DNA of 63,277 nt from Candidatus Daviesbacteria bacterium (GTDB taxonomy: Bacteria > Patescibacteriota > Microgenomatia > Daviesbacterales > UBA10151). Of this stretch, positions 34,320-45,628 are shown piece after piece. Made by a program: the position numbers and the translations under genes. The notes under the pieces were generated by a model. The model did not search any database and was not told the origin of the DNA. It saw only the letters and a list, made by a program, of their open reading frames with translations. The stretch's first letter is position 1. Each line of letters opens with the position of its first letter. The stretch is from contig JACOXG010000011.1 of NCBI GenBank assembly GCA_016176405.1, forward strand, positions 1-63,277. The letters are read 5' to 3'.

Positions 34320-36811
34320 TACTCAACCCTATCCCCTGATGAAACCACGGTGGCAGCAGCCACCTTTTCCCCCGCTCTTACTCTCATCAAAATTACTCCC
34401 TGAGTTTGTCTTTGCAAAGTGGGTACCTGTTTAAGATCCATCTTAATCAGCTGCCCCTTGGTAGAGGTTAAAACCAGGGTATCCATCTTTTTATCAACAA
34501 CTTGTGCTGTCACAATTTGGCCGGTTTTAGAAGTGACTTGAGCAGCCTTGACTCCCTGTCCTCCCCGACCTTGTCTATTCCAGGATGTGGTGAGAGTCTT
34601 TTTACCTAAACCATTCTCCATCACTACCAGGAGTTCCCCTTCATCTTTACCAATTATATTAAGTGAAACTACCTCATCATCTTTGCCTAACTTGATACCT
34701 CTAACACCTGAGGTATCCCGGTGTGTAGCCTTAACCTGACCCTCGGAAAACCTGATACTTTTCCCTTTTAGAGAGACAATCATGGCATCATCCTCCCCAC
34801 TGGTAGGACAAACCCAACCCAACTGATCACCTTGATCTAACTTAATGGCCACCAGGCCGTTTTTGCGAATATTGGCATATTCCTCAAGGGTGGTTTTTTT
34901 GACAGTCCCCTTTTTAGTACACATTAAGAAATATTTGGCCACCTCAGCCTTGGCCCGGCTGGTTAAAACCGCGGTGATTTTCTCACCTTGCTCAATATTG
35001 ATTAAATTAACCACAGCCTGTCCTTTGGCAGCTCTTTGAGTCTCCGGAATCTCCCAAACCTTGATTTGAAAAACCTTGCCTTTATCTGAGAAAAATAATA
35101 AATTATCATGGGTTTGAGTGTAAAAGATGTGGGAAACAGCATCTGTTTCCTTGGTAGCAATACCCATCACCCCTTTGCCACCTCTTTGTTGGGTTCTAAA
35201 TGAATGGGGTGATTGTCTCTTTATATAACCACCTTCAGTGATAGTGACAATAGTCACCTCATTTTGGACCAAATCTTCTTCGGAAAACTCCCCTACTTTT
35301 TGTTTATAAACCCGGGTTTTCCTATCATCGGCATATTTTTCTTTAATATTGATCAGCTCATCTTTAATAACTTTGAGAATTTTTTCCGGGTGAGAGAGCA
35401 AATCCTCCAGATAAGCAATAGTTTCCCTAACCATTTTTAGCTCATCCTCAATTTTTTGCCGCTCCAATGCTGCTAATCTTCGAAGTTGCATATCCAAAAT
35501 AGCAATTGATTGGATTTCAGTTAATTTGAATTTTTTCATTAAATTAGTCTTAGCCTCATCAGCATCCTTGGATTTTTTGATAGTCTCAATCACCGCATCA
35601 ATATTGTCTACCGCAATTTTTAATCCTTCTAAAATATGCTCTCTAGCTTTTGCCTCAGCCAGTTCAAACTCTGATCTTTTTCTGACAATGATTTGCCTAT
35701 GATGAATAAACTCAGTTAGGATCTGTTTTAGAGTTAAAAGATGAGGTACTCCATCTGATAAAGCCACTAAATTAACATTAAAAACAGACTGCATGGCAGT
35801 TGATTTATATAAATTGTTTAATAAAGACTGGGGTTTGGCATCTCTTTTTAGATCAAAGACAATTCTGACCATTTGTTTTCTGTCTGATTCATCCCTAAGG
35901 TCAGAGATTCCCTCCAGCTTTTTGTCCTTGACCAGTTCGGCAATTCTGGCAATTAGAGTGGCTTTATTAACCTGGTATGGCAGTTCTGAAACAATAATTT
36001 GCATTTTTCCCTTAACATCCTCATCAACTTCAGCTTTAGCTCTCATCACAATCCTGCCCTTGCCAGTGGCATAGGCTGCTATAATTTCTTGAGCATCATA
36101 AATTGAGGCACCTGTGGGAAAATCTGGGCCTTTAATATACTGCATTAGATCTTCAACTGTGGCATCAGATTCAAAGGATTCTTCTTTTTTGGCTTCTCCA
36201 TTAGCTTTGATCTGATGGTCAATCATGTAAATTAAGCCGTCACAAACCTCCCCTAAATTATGAGGTGGGATTTGGGTGGCCATACCAACAGCAATACCGG
36301 AGGCTCCATTTAATAACAGGTTGGGTATAACTGAGGGTAAAAGTATTGGTTCTTGGGTAGTGCCAGAATAATTATCAATAAATTTGACAGTATTTTTGTT
36401 GATGTCTCTTAACAGTTCATCTGAAATTGCAGCTAGCCTGGCCTCAGTATATCTCATGGCAGCCGGAGAATCCCCATCTATTGATCCAAAATTTCCCTGT
36501 CCATCAATCAGCATATACCTTAGGGAAAAATTTTGAGCCATTCTGACTAAGGCTTCATAAACAGGAGCATCTCCGTGTGGATGGAAGTTTTTTAAGACTT
36601 CACCTACAACGGCAGCAGACTTTTGGTATCTGGAAGTATGATGAAGTCCTTGCTGGTGCATGGCATAAATAATTCTTCGCTGAACTGGTTTAAGACCATC
36701 CCGGACATCAGGAAGTGCCCTAGATACAATCACAGACATGGCATAGTCCAAATAGGACCTTTGCATCTCTTCCACTATGGGAGCCGGTTGTACTTTACCA
36801 ACGTTTTGCAT
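34319..36811 (-). CDS. gyrA: DNA gyrase subunit A
   Basis: AAMRYTEARL active-site Tyr region; C-terminal beta-pinwheel repeats. Confidence 0.97.
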   Translation of the reverse strand: MQNVGKVQPAPIVEEMQRSYLDYAMSVIVSRALPDVRDGLKPVQRRIIYAMHQQGLHHTSRYQKSAAVVGEVLKNFHPHGDAPVYEALVRMAQNFSLRYMLIDGQGNFGSIDGDSPAAMRYTEARLAAISDELLRDINKNTVKFIDNYSGTTQEPILLPSVIPNLLLNGASGIAVGMATQIPPHNLGEVCDGLIYMIDHQIKANGEAKKEESFESDATVEDLMQYIKGPDFPTGASIYDAQEIIAAYATGKGRIVMRAKAEVDEDVKGKMQIIVSELPYQVNKATLIARIAELVKDKKLEGISDLRDESDRKQMVRIVFDLKRDAKPQSLLNNLYKSTAMQSVFNVNLVALSDGVPHLLTLKQILTEFIHHRQIIVRKRSEFELAEAKAREHILEGLKIAVDNIDAVIETIKKSKDADEAKTNLMKKFKLTEIQSIAILDMQLRRLAALERQKIEDELKMVRETIAYLEDLLSHPEKILKVIKDELINIKEKYADDRKTRVYKQKVGEFSEEDLVQNEVTIVTITEGGYIKRQSPHSFRTQQRGGKGVMGIATKETDAVSHIFYTQTHDNLLFFSDKGKVFQIKVWEIPETQRAAKGQAVVNLINIEQGEKITAVLTSRAKAEVAKYFLMCTKKGTVKKTTLEEYANIRKNGLVAIKLDQGDQLGWVCPTSGEDDAMIVSLKGKSIRFSEGQVKATHRDTSGVRGIKLGKDDEVVSLNIIGKDEGELLVVMENGLGKKTLTTSWNRQGRGGQGVKAAQVTSKTGQIVTAQVVDKKMDTLVLTSTKGQLIKMDLKQVPTLQRQTQGVILMRVRAGEKVAAATVVSSGDRVE

Positions 36812-36882
36812 CTTAGTGAGGCATTAAAAAAAGGCTTTTAAGCCATAATAATTATATCCTTTTTAAGGCTGCAAAAGCAAGG

Positions 36883-37518
36883 TTATACTTCCTCAAATTT
36901 GGCATTTTTGTAAAATTTTGGGCCTGATTCTAGAATAAATTCTTTGGGATCGCCTCTGTCTAAATTTATGATTCCATCTAAATGATCAATTTCGTGTTGA
37001 AAAACTCTATTTAGCTTTTTGCCCAACAGAGTATGGTGCTTGGTTTTCCATTCTTGCAGCTGACCCATTTCATCAAAATATTCAAACTCAATCCAGGTAG
37101 GTCTGATTAAAGGTACAATTACTGGATTAGCACTCATACACATTTCAGGGTACTTATTCTTTTCCTTTGAAAATTTAGTAATTTTGGGATTAATGATGGT
37201 AACTAGCTTCCCACTTGACGAGTGGGAATTCGGATTATAGATGACGGCAAATCTCTCATGAATTCCCACTTGAGGAGCAGCAATTCCTCTACCCATGCCA
37301 GTTAGTTTTCTATATTTTAGTAAACAATTTTTTAAATATTTAATTTTTTGCTGAAAAATTTTAGAAGTAATTTGATTGACCGGAACTGGTTTTGAGGACT
37401 GTCTTAAAATAGGAGACTCCCCTATTTGATAAATAAAATTAGAAACCAAAGCCGCCCTCTCAAAAACTTTAACTTTGTATTTCCTAAATGGAGCTAAATC
37501 TGGTTTCCAAGATTTCAT
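36883..37518 (-). CDS. def: peptide deformylase
   Basis: GRGIAAPQVG, EMCMS and HEIDHLDG motifs. Contains the in-frame hairpin 37208-37228. Confidence 0.9.
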   Translation of the reverse strand: MKSWKPDLAPFRKYKVKVFERAALVSNFIYQIGESPILRQSSKPVPVNQITSKIFQQKIKYLKNCLLKYRKLTGMGRGIAAPQVGIHERFAVIYNPNSHSSSGKLVTIINPKITKFSKEKNKYPEMCMSANPVIVPLIRPTWIEFEYFDEMGQLQEWKTKHHTLLGKKLNRVFQHEIDHLDGIINLDRGDPKEFILESGPKFYKNAKFEEV

Positions 37519-38405
37519 TTCAAAGCTAATTTGATGATTTTATCTAAAAGTTTAGGAAAAGTAATGCCAATAGCTTGAGCTGCTTTGGGAAATAATGAGG
37601 CAGCTGTTAAACCCGGGATTGTATTAATCTCCAATACGTAAGGTGTTCCATTATAAACTATGAAATCTATTCTGGAAAATTGGCCTAGATTTAAAGTTTT
37701 GTGAATTTTTAATGCTATTTTTTGAGCTTGTTGTTGGATCTTTTTACTTACAGATGGAGCATGAGGTATTTCTTGAGTTACCCCAGAATATTTATTTTGA
37801 TAATCAAACCAACCGCCTTTAGGTGGAACAATTTCTATAATTGGTAAAGCATAGTTTTGCAAAATTGCCACTGTAATTTCTACACCTTCCAGATATTTTT
37901 CTACTAGAAGAGGTAATTTTGATTTCAATAATTTATTAATTAGAGAGCTTTTTAAATCACTTACTGTTTTTAAAATAACTACTTCCCTGGAAGATCCACC
38001 AGAAGAACTTTTTAAAACAGAGGGAAAGCCAAATTCCTGTATCTCTTTTTTCGTTTTAACTATTTTCCAAGCTGCCGTTGGAATATTTAAATCTTCACAG
38101 AATTTCTTAAAGGGAATTTTGTACCAGCCCTTTTTATAACCTTGCCACTTACCTCCCACAAATGATATCCCTAAATTTGATAAAAACTTTTGTAAGCCCC
38201 CTCCTTCTCCTTCTTCACCGTGAAGAACTGGAAAAATAACATCAAAATTTTTTGATATTTTTTTAAGCTCCTTAAAACCTTTTTTAAGGTCAAAAAGTTT
38301 TACTGAATGTCCAATTTCTGCCAAGCCCTTTTTAACTTGTTTGGCAGACATAAGAGAAATTCTTCTTTCAGATGATGTTCCACCGGTAATGATTAAAACC
38401 CTCAT
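37515..38405 (-). CDS. ddl: D-alanine--D-alanine ligase
   Basis: GGTSSERRISL..FPVLHGEEGEGG..ATP-grasp C-terminus EINTIPG. Confidence 0.9.
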   Translation of the reverse strand: MRVLIITGGTSSERRISLMSAKQVKKGLAEIGHSVKLFDLKKGFKELKKISKNFDVIFPVLHGEEGEGGGLQKFLSNLGISFVGGKWQGYKKGWYKIPFKKFCEDLNIPTAAWKIVKTKKEIQEFGFPSVLKSSSGGSSREVVILKTVSDLKSSLINKLLKSKLPLLVEKYLEGVEITVAILQNYALPIIEIVPPKGGWFDYQNKYSGVTQEIPHAPSVSKKIQQQAQKIALKIHKTLNLGQFSRIDFIVYNGTPYVLEINTIPGLTAASLFPKAAQAIGITFPKLLDKIIKLALK

Positions 38406-38470
38406 AACAACAAATTATAACCCATAGCGTACATTATTTCGACTATCCAATATCTTGTGGATTGACAAAG

Positions 38471-39025
38471 ATGGTTATCTTGTTTATTGTGGGTTTTATG
38501 CAGCTGAAACTTTTAGCAATAGGGATTATTTTAATGGGAATATTTTCCCGCCTTGTTCCCCATGCTCCCAATATTGCAGCCATCGGGGCTTTAATGCTTT
38601 TTGGAGGAGTATATTTGCCTAAAAAGATTTTCTGGCTGCCTATTTTGGCTTTATTTATTACTGATTTTTTTATTGGCTTTTATGGAACAGATATGATTTA
38701 TGTTTATGGAAGCTATCTACTTGTTGGTTTGATTGGGCTTTGGCTAAGAAAACATAAGAAACCTTTAATTGTTTTAGGTTCTGCTTTAACCTCCTCAGTA
38801 TTATTTTTCTTAATTACTAACTTTGGAGTTTGGGCCCCACCTAATAATTGGTATCCTCACACCCTGGATGGATTACTAACCAGCTACACCATGGCCCTAC
38901 CCTTTTTTAGAAATTCTTTAATAGGAGATTTGGGATATACTGTTTTACTCTTTGGCGGATATGAAATTATTCAATATCTTTCTAAGAAATATTTGCCCCG
39001 AAAACTTTTTCAACTGCTTTATTAA
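38471..39025 (+). CDS. integral membrane protein, unknown function
   Basis: Five or six TM helices; 3' end overlaps the convergent murD by 44 nt. Confidence 0.55.
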   Translation: MVILFIVGFMQLKLLAIGIILMGIFSRLVPHAPNIAAIGALMLFGGVYLPKKIFWLPILALFITDFFIGFYGTDMIYVYGSYLLVGLIGLWLRKHKKPLIVLGSALTSSVLFFLITNFGVWAPPNNWYPHTLDGLLTSYTMALPFFRNSLIGDLGYTVLLFGGYEIIQYLSKKYLPRKLFQLLY

Positions 39026-40415
39026 ATTTTCTGCCTCTATCAAATTCATTTTGGAATAAATTAAAAGAAGTAGCTGCTGGGGAAAAGAGAATGATATCCC
39101 CTTTTTTGACTATTTCTTTTACATCAATAAGTAATTTTTCTAAATCATCATAAGTCCCTGCTATTAAATCTTTGTTTTTCATTAATTTTTTAATTTGATC
39201 CGTAGAATCTCCTTCTAAAAAGAAAACTTTCTTGACAGAATTCCCTACGATCGTTGCATATTTTGTATAGTCCATTCCTTTGTTCATCCCTCCACAAATT
39301 AGGATACACCCTGGAAATGTTTTGATGGCTTGAATCCCCGCTTCAGGGGAAGTGGCAGTTGTATCATTGATAATTTTGACTCCATTCCAAACCTTGATAA
39401 GTTCCATCCGAAATGAGATACCTTTAAAATGTAATGTAACCTCCAAAATGGTTTCTTCATCCATCCCAAACGTCTTGGTTATAGCAAAAGCAGCTGCTAT
39501 GTTTTCTAAGTTATGTTCCCCCTTCAATCTTGGTTTAAAATCTTTAGGAAGGTCCTCTTTTGAAAAATAAATTATTTGAGCCTTTAATCCTTTTAGGAAG
39601 TTAGGTTTACTGGTTATTGGATCAAATTTTTTTAAAAATAAGTAATCAGACTTTGTTTGGTATTTTCCTATTATTATTTTTGACTGAATATATTCTTCCA
39701 TGGTTTGGTAATAATTAAGGTGGTCAGGTGTAATGTTGGTGATCACAGCCCACTTGGGAGAAACCTTATGTTGCTCGAAAGCTTCCAGCTGAAATGAGGA
39801 AATTTCTAAAACTACCAGAGTATCTGGTTTAACATGAGGTATGGTATCCAAAACACTTTTACCAATGTTTCCTGCTAAAATTATATTATTCCATGTATGT
39901 ATGCGTTGTACATGCCCGGCATGGGTTAGCTTGACATGCCAGGATTTTGCCAGATATTTGTTCAAAACATCATAAATCAAGGAAGCTATAGTGGATTTGC
40001 CTTTGGTGCCGGTGATTCCAATAATTTGAGAAGGTTTTACAAAATCTAGAAAAATTCCCATGTCTTGTTGTACCTTTTTGCCCTGTTTTCTAGCATATTC
40101 AATATGAACATTCCCAGGTTTTACAGCAGGATTTTTAATGATTAGATCAGCCCACTCTATATCCTCATTTTTATGTTCACCTAAAGTATAGGTAATATTG
40201 GGAAAGCTTTTTAATTGATCTAATGAGAGCTTAAGAATCTGTTTTGATTTTAAATCAGTTACTCTAACTGTTGCCCCCTGTTGGGCAAAAAATTTAGCAG
40301 ATCCCACTCCACCCTGATTTAACCCCAAGCCAAAGATAAGAACCCGCGTTCCACGGAACCTTGCCTTTTTGCTTCGCAAAAACGTAAGTACCTTCTTTCC
40401 TTTAAATTCATCCAT
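38982..40415 (-). CDS. murD: UDP-N-acetylmuramoylalanine--D-glutamate ligase
   Basis: GITGTKGKST P-loop; Mur ligase middle and C-terminal domains. Confidence 0.9.
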   Translation of the reverse strand: MDEFKGKKVLTFLRSKKARFRGTRVLIFGLGLNQGGVGSAKFFAQQGATVRVTDLKSKQILKLSLDQLKSFPNITYTLGEHKNEDIEWADLIIKNPAVKPGNVHIEYARKQGKKVQQDMGIFLDFVKPSQIIGITGTKGKSTIASLIYDVLNKYLAKSWHVKLTHAGHVQRIHTWNNIILAGNIGKSVLDTIPHVKPDTLVVLEISSFQLEAFEQHKVSPKWAVITNITPDHLNYYQTMEEYIQSKIIIGKYQTKSDYLFLKKFDPITSKPNFLKGLKAQIIYFSKEDLPKDFKPRLKGEHNLENIAAAFAITKTFGMDEETILEVTLHFKGISFRMELIKVWNGVKIINDTTATSPEAGIQAIKTFPGCILICGGMNKGMDYTKYATIVGNSVKKVFFLEGDSTDQIKKLMKNKDLIAGTYDDLEKLLIDVKEIVKKGDIILFSPAATSFNLFQNEFDRGRKFNKAVEKVFGANIS

Positions 40416-40437
40416 GGTATGGTATTATATCGCCCAT

Positions 40438-41244
40438 ATGAATAACAATCCAATTGGCATATTTGATTCAGGGATCGGTGGTTTAACAGTTGTTAAGGAA
40501 ATTTTAAAAGAATTACCCAGTGAAAATATTATTTATCTAGGTGATACAGCCAGAGTGCCTTATGGCACTAGAGGTAAGGAAGTTATCACTAAATTTGCTT
40601 TGGATCTGGCCAATTTCCTTTTAAAAAAGAAAGTCAAATTTTTAGTAGTTTCTTGTAATACCATTTCCTCTATCTGTTTGGATGTAATTGAATATATTTC
40701 CCCTGTGCCAGTTCTGGGAGTTATCCAACCGGCTGTAGATGAAGCCTTAAAGACTACCAGATCTGGTGTAATAGGGGTAATAGGAACTCCTGCCACCATT
40801 GCTTCTAAAATTTATGAGAAAAAACTTAAAAGGAAAAATCCCAAATTAAAAGTAAAGACTGTCTCCTGTCCTTTATTTGTGCCTCTGGCTGAAGAGGGAT
40901 TGATAAATCATGCTGCCACTAAATTGGTAGCCAAAGAATATCTTAAAGGATTCAAAAATAATGGAATTGATACTTTAATTTTGGGTTGCACTCACTATCC
41001 CATCCTAAGATCCATTATCCAGCAAACAGTTGGACCAAAAGTAACTTTGATTGATTCAGCCAAACCTACGGCCAAAAAACTGAACGAGCTTTTAGAAGAA
41101 AAAAATTTACTAAGAAGTGAGGAAAAAGTTAGGCATGAGTTTTTTGTGACAGATGCACCAGAGAGGGTGTATAAAGTGGCTGACAATTTTTTTGGCGATC
41201 ACCTAAATGGGAAGTTAAAAGAGATTAACCTACCAATTGCTTAG
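40438..41244 (+). CDS. murI: glutamate racemase
   Basis: IGIFDSGIGGLTV and LGCTHYP catalytic Cys motifs; ATG 40438 preferred. Confidence 0.92.
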   Translation: MNNNPIGIFDSGIGGLTVVKEILKELPSENIIYLGDTARVPYGTRGKEVITKFALDLANFLLKKKVKFLVVSCNTISSICLDVIEYISPVPVLGVIQPAVDEALKTTRSGVIGVIGTPATIASKIYEKKLKRKNPKLKVKTVSCPLFVPLAEEGLINHAATKLVAKEYLKGFKNNGIDTLILGCTHYPILRSIIQQTVGPKVTLIDSAKPTAKKLNELLEEKNLLRSEEKVRHEFFVTDAPERVYKVADNFFGDHLNGKLKEINLPIA

Positions 41245-42604
41245 CAATTTTATCTATATCCCCTGCTCCCATGAAAAAGATAATATCACCACTTTGAACA
41301 TGGTGTTTAAGCATTGGTATTATTTGGTCCTTGGTATGATAGACTAGATTACTTGACCCAACTGCCTCTACTAATTGTTTTGAAGTAACTAAACCTGTGT
41401 CCACTTCCCTACTTGGATAAATATCAGTAATAATTATTTTGTCCACAGGTAATTCTTTAAATACTTTGACAAAATCATCAAAAAGGGCTTTTGTTCTAGA
41501 AAACATGTGGGGTTGATAAATTAAAATAATTCTATTTTTAGGAAATTTTTCCCTGGCAGCTTGCATGGTGGTTTTTATTTCTGTTGGGTGATGTCCAAAA
41601 TCAGAATAAACCTTAGCTCCCACTTGTCCTGAGCTTGTCGAAGGATGGTACTCCCCAATATACTCAAATCTTCTGCCTATTCCAGGGTAATTGGATAAAC
41701 TTTTTTGAATAGTTTGTGGACTAATTCCTAAAAGAAGTCCAACTTGATAAGCTGCTGAGGCATTCCATCTGTTAAATTCACCAGGAATCTCTAAGGAAAA
41801 ATCTATGGGTTTCTTTGAATAATCTAAAGTTATATTGCCACCCTTGGGGTGGACATTCAGAATTTCTGTTACTACAGGATCCGAAAGATTGGCCACAATG
41901 GTCTGTTTTGTGGATTCCAAGAATTTTTTAAAACTATCTTTGTACGAATCAAAATCCTGAAAATACTCCGGATGATCCATTTCAATATTGGTGACAACTG
42001 AAATATCAGGAGAGGTTGCTAAAAAATTATCATTAAACTCATCAGCTTCAACTAGGAAAAAACCCTTTTTGTCATCTCGAGTGATTAACGAGAGATCTCT
42101 AGATTTTGAATCATGAGATTCCTCACTTCGTTCGGAATGACGTGAGGAAATTCTGTAATTTGCTTTCCACCAAGGGACTATGGTTCCTAGTTCCACCGTA
42201 GGATCTAGCCCAGCATCCTCTAAAATTTTAGCAATCATGGCAGTGGTGGTAGTTTTACCATGAGTTCCACAAACAGCTATTACAAATTTATCCTTCATTA
42301 AATACTTTCCCATAAACTCCTGCCAAGTAAGAATAGGAATTTCCCCCCCCTTTGCCTCTAAAAGTTCTGGATTATTGGGATCTAAAGAGTATATGGCAGG
42401 TGTTACTGCCAATATATCTACGTTCCCACTTTTCAAGTGGGAAGCTGAATGCCCTTGGGATAACTTGACACTTCCGATGTGTAAAGTGAATTCGTTGTTT
42501 GGCTCAAGGTCACAGCCACTAACTTCAAATCCATAAGCTTTTGCAATAGCTGCAGCAGCAGATGCTCCAGACCCCCCAATTCCTAAAAAATGTACTTTTT
42601 TCAT
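41225..42604 (-). CDS. murC: UDP-N-acetylmuramate--L-alanine ligase
   Basis: GIGGSGASA, GTHGKTTT, EADEF, NIEMDH, GHHPTE motifs. Carries repeat insertions. Confidence 0.93.
   Translation of the reverse strand: MKKVHFLGIGGSGASAAAAIAKAYGFEVSGCDLEPNNEFTLHIGSVKLSQGHSASHLKSGNVDILAVTPAIYSLDPNNPELLEAKGGEIPILTWQEFMGKYLMKDKFVIAVCGTHGKTTTTAMIAKILEDAGLDPTVELGTIVPWWKANYRISSRHSERSEESHDSKSRDLSLITRDDKKGFFLVEADEFNDNFLATSPDISVVTNIEMDHPEYFQDFDSYKDSFKKFLESTKQTIVANLSDPVVTEILNVHPKGGNITLDYSKKPIDFSLEIPGEFNRWNASAAYQVGLLLGISPQTIQKSLSNYPGIGRRFEYIGEYHPSTSSGQVGAKVYSDFGHHPTEIKTTMQAAREKFPKNRIILIYQPHMFSRTKALFDDFVKVFKELPVDKIIITDIYPSREVDTGLVTSKQLVEAVGSSNLVYHTKDQIIPMLKHHVQSGDIIFFMGAGDIDKIAKQLVG
42071..42141. repeat. in-frame inverted pair of the GTCATCC..GGATC family inside murC
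   Basis: GTCATCTCGAGTGATTAACGAGAGATCTC (42071-42099) and GAGATTCCTCACTTCGTTCGGAATGAC (42115-42141), translated as SRHSERSEESHDSKSRDLSLITRDD. Confidence 0.8.
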
Positions 42605-42682
42605 TTGACAAATTATATGATTTTTAAGGTGTAAAAGCGACTAATTGATTATTTTATTATTAAGATATAAACTAATTCTAAA

Positions 42683-44859
<2,177 letters not shown>

Positions 44860-44870
44860 TTATTTTATCA

Positions 44871-45524
44871 TTATTTGGAGGGCATCACCAGCATTAAATA
44901 TTCCAAAATGGCCCGGATATTGACATTTTGATTGGCCCATTCTTCAGCCTGCAGTAATTCTTTTATAAAATCTGTGCTCCCACTTTGAATGTGGGAAGCT
45001 AGATTTTTATGAAAATAATTTACTAAGGCATATAAAAATTCTTCTCTATCCTTTAGTTTTTCAATGTATTCAAATCTTTCTTCTATGCTTATTCTTAAAA
45101 GTCTTTCAATATCAGCTATATAGATACCAACCCCCGGTGTTGGATAGCTTGAAACCTCGGGTATATGGATAACCTGGCAGCGTGAGATGATAGTGGGTAA
45201 CAACTTTGACTCATTATCCACCCCCAAAATAAAAAGCCCCTCCTTCGGTAGTTCCTCAAGGGTTTTTAACAGGGCATTTTGGGCCTCAATTGTCAAATTA
45301 GAAGCATCTTCCAAAACGACTGCTCTGCCTTTGGCAGAATATGGTTTTAGGGAAAAATGTTCTTTAATTTTTCTGGCCTCAGCAATTCCTAATTTAGAAT
45401 CAGCATTAAAATATAAAACATCCGGATGATTTGTATTCCCACTTCCCAAGTGGGAACGTAGAGTTTGATCAATTTCTTTTTTGATATCTTCTAAAGATGG
45501 TGAAATCAAAAGTTTGGCTATCAT
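44871..45524 (-). CDS. holB: DNA polymerase III delta-prime-like subunit (short form)
   Basis: EAQNALLKTLEELP and SRCQVIHI motifs. 217 aa. Contains three repeat-derived segments. Confidence 0.78.
   Translation of the reverse strand: MIAKLLISPSLEDIKKEIDQTLRSHLGSGNTNHPDVLYFNADSKLGIAEARKIKEHFSLKPYSAKGRAVVLEDASNLTIEAQNALLKTLEELPKEGLFILGVDNESKLLPTIISRCQVIHIPEVSSYPTPGVGIYIADIERLLRISIEERFEYIEKLKDREEFLYALVNYFHKNLASHIQSGSTDFIKELLQAEEWANQNVNIRAILEYLMLVMPSK
45126..45163 (+). repeat. REP copy (ACCAACCCCCGGTGTTGGATAGCTTGAAACCTCGGGTA) inside holB
   Basis: Same element as at 52932, 53684 (inverted) and 62874; translated as IPEVSSYPTPGVGI. Confidence 0.8.
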
Positions 45525-45528
45525 AATA

Positions 45529-45587
45529 GAGATCCTTCACTAATCGCTCAGGTCTTCGACCCTGAGGCTCAGACCCGAAGGGATGAC
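45529..45587 (-). repeat. reverse-orientation copy of the GTCATCC..GGATC family with an internal 28-nt insert
   Basis: GAGATCCTTCACTAATCGCTCAGG + TCTTCGACCCTGAGGCTCAGACCCGAAG + GGATGAC. Confidence 0.7.
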
Positions 45588-45628
45588 ACTTCGTGTCAGT
45601 TTTAACTTTTTAGCATTGACATGTCAAG

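Noticed and set aside
40369-40437. Long N-terminal extension of murI from TTG 40369
   Set aside because: It would overlap the divergent murD start. ATG 40438 gives the canonical MNNNPIGIFDSGIGG N-terminus.
41621-41650. Possible third in-frame repeat family CCTTCGAyNNNNCTCAGGrCAAG in murC (PSTSSGQVG) and in the YebC gene (24225-24250, PFDGTQGK)
   Set aside because: There are only two loosely similar copies. The MurC segment shows no length excess over E. coli MurC as I recall it, so insertion cannot be argued from this window alone.
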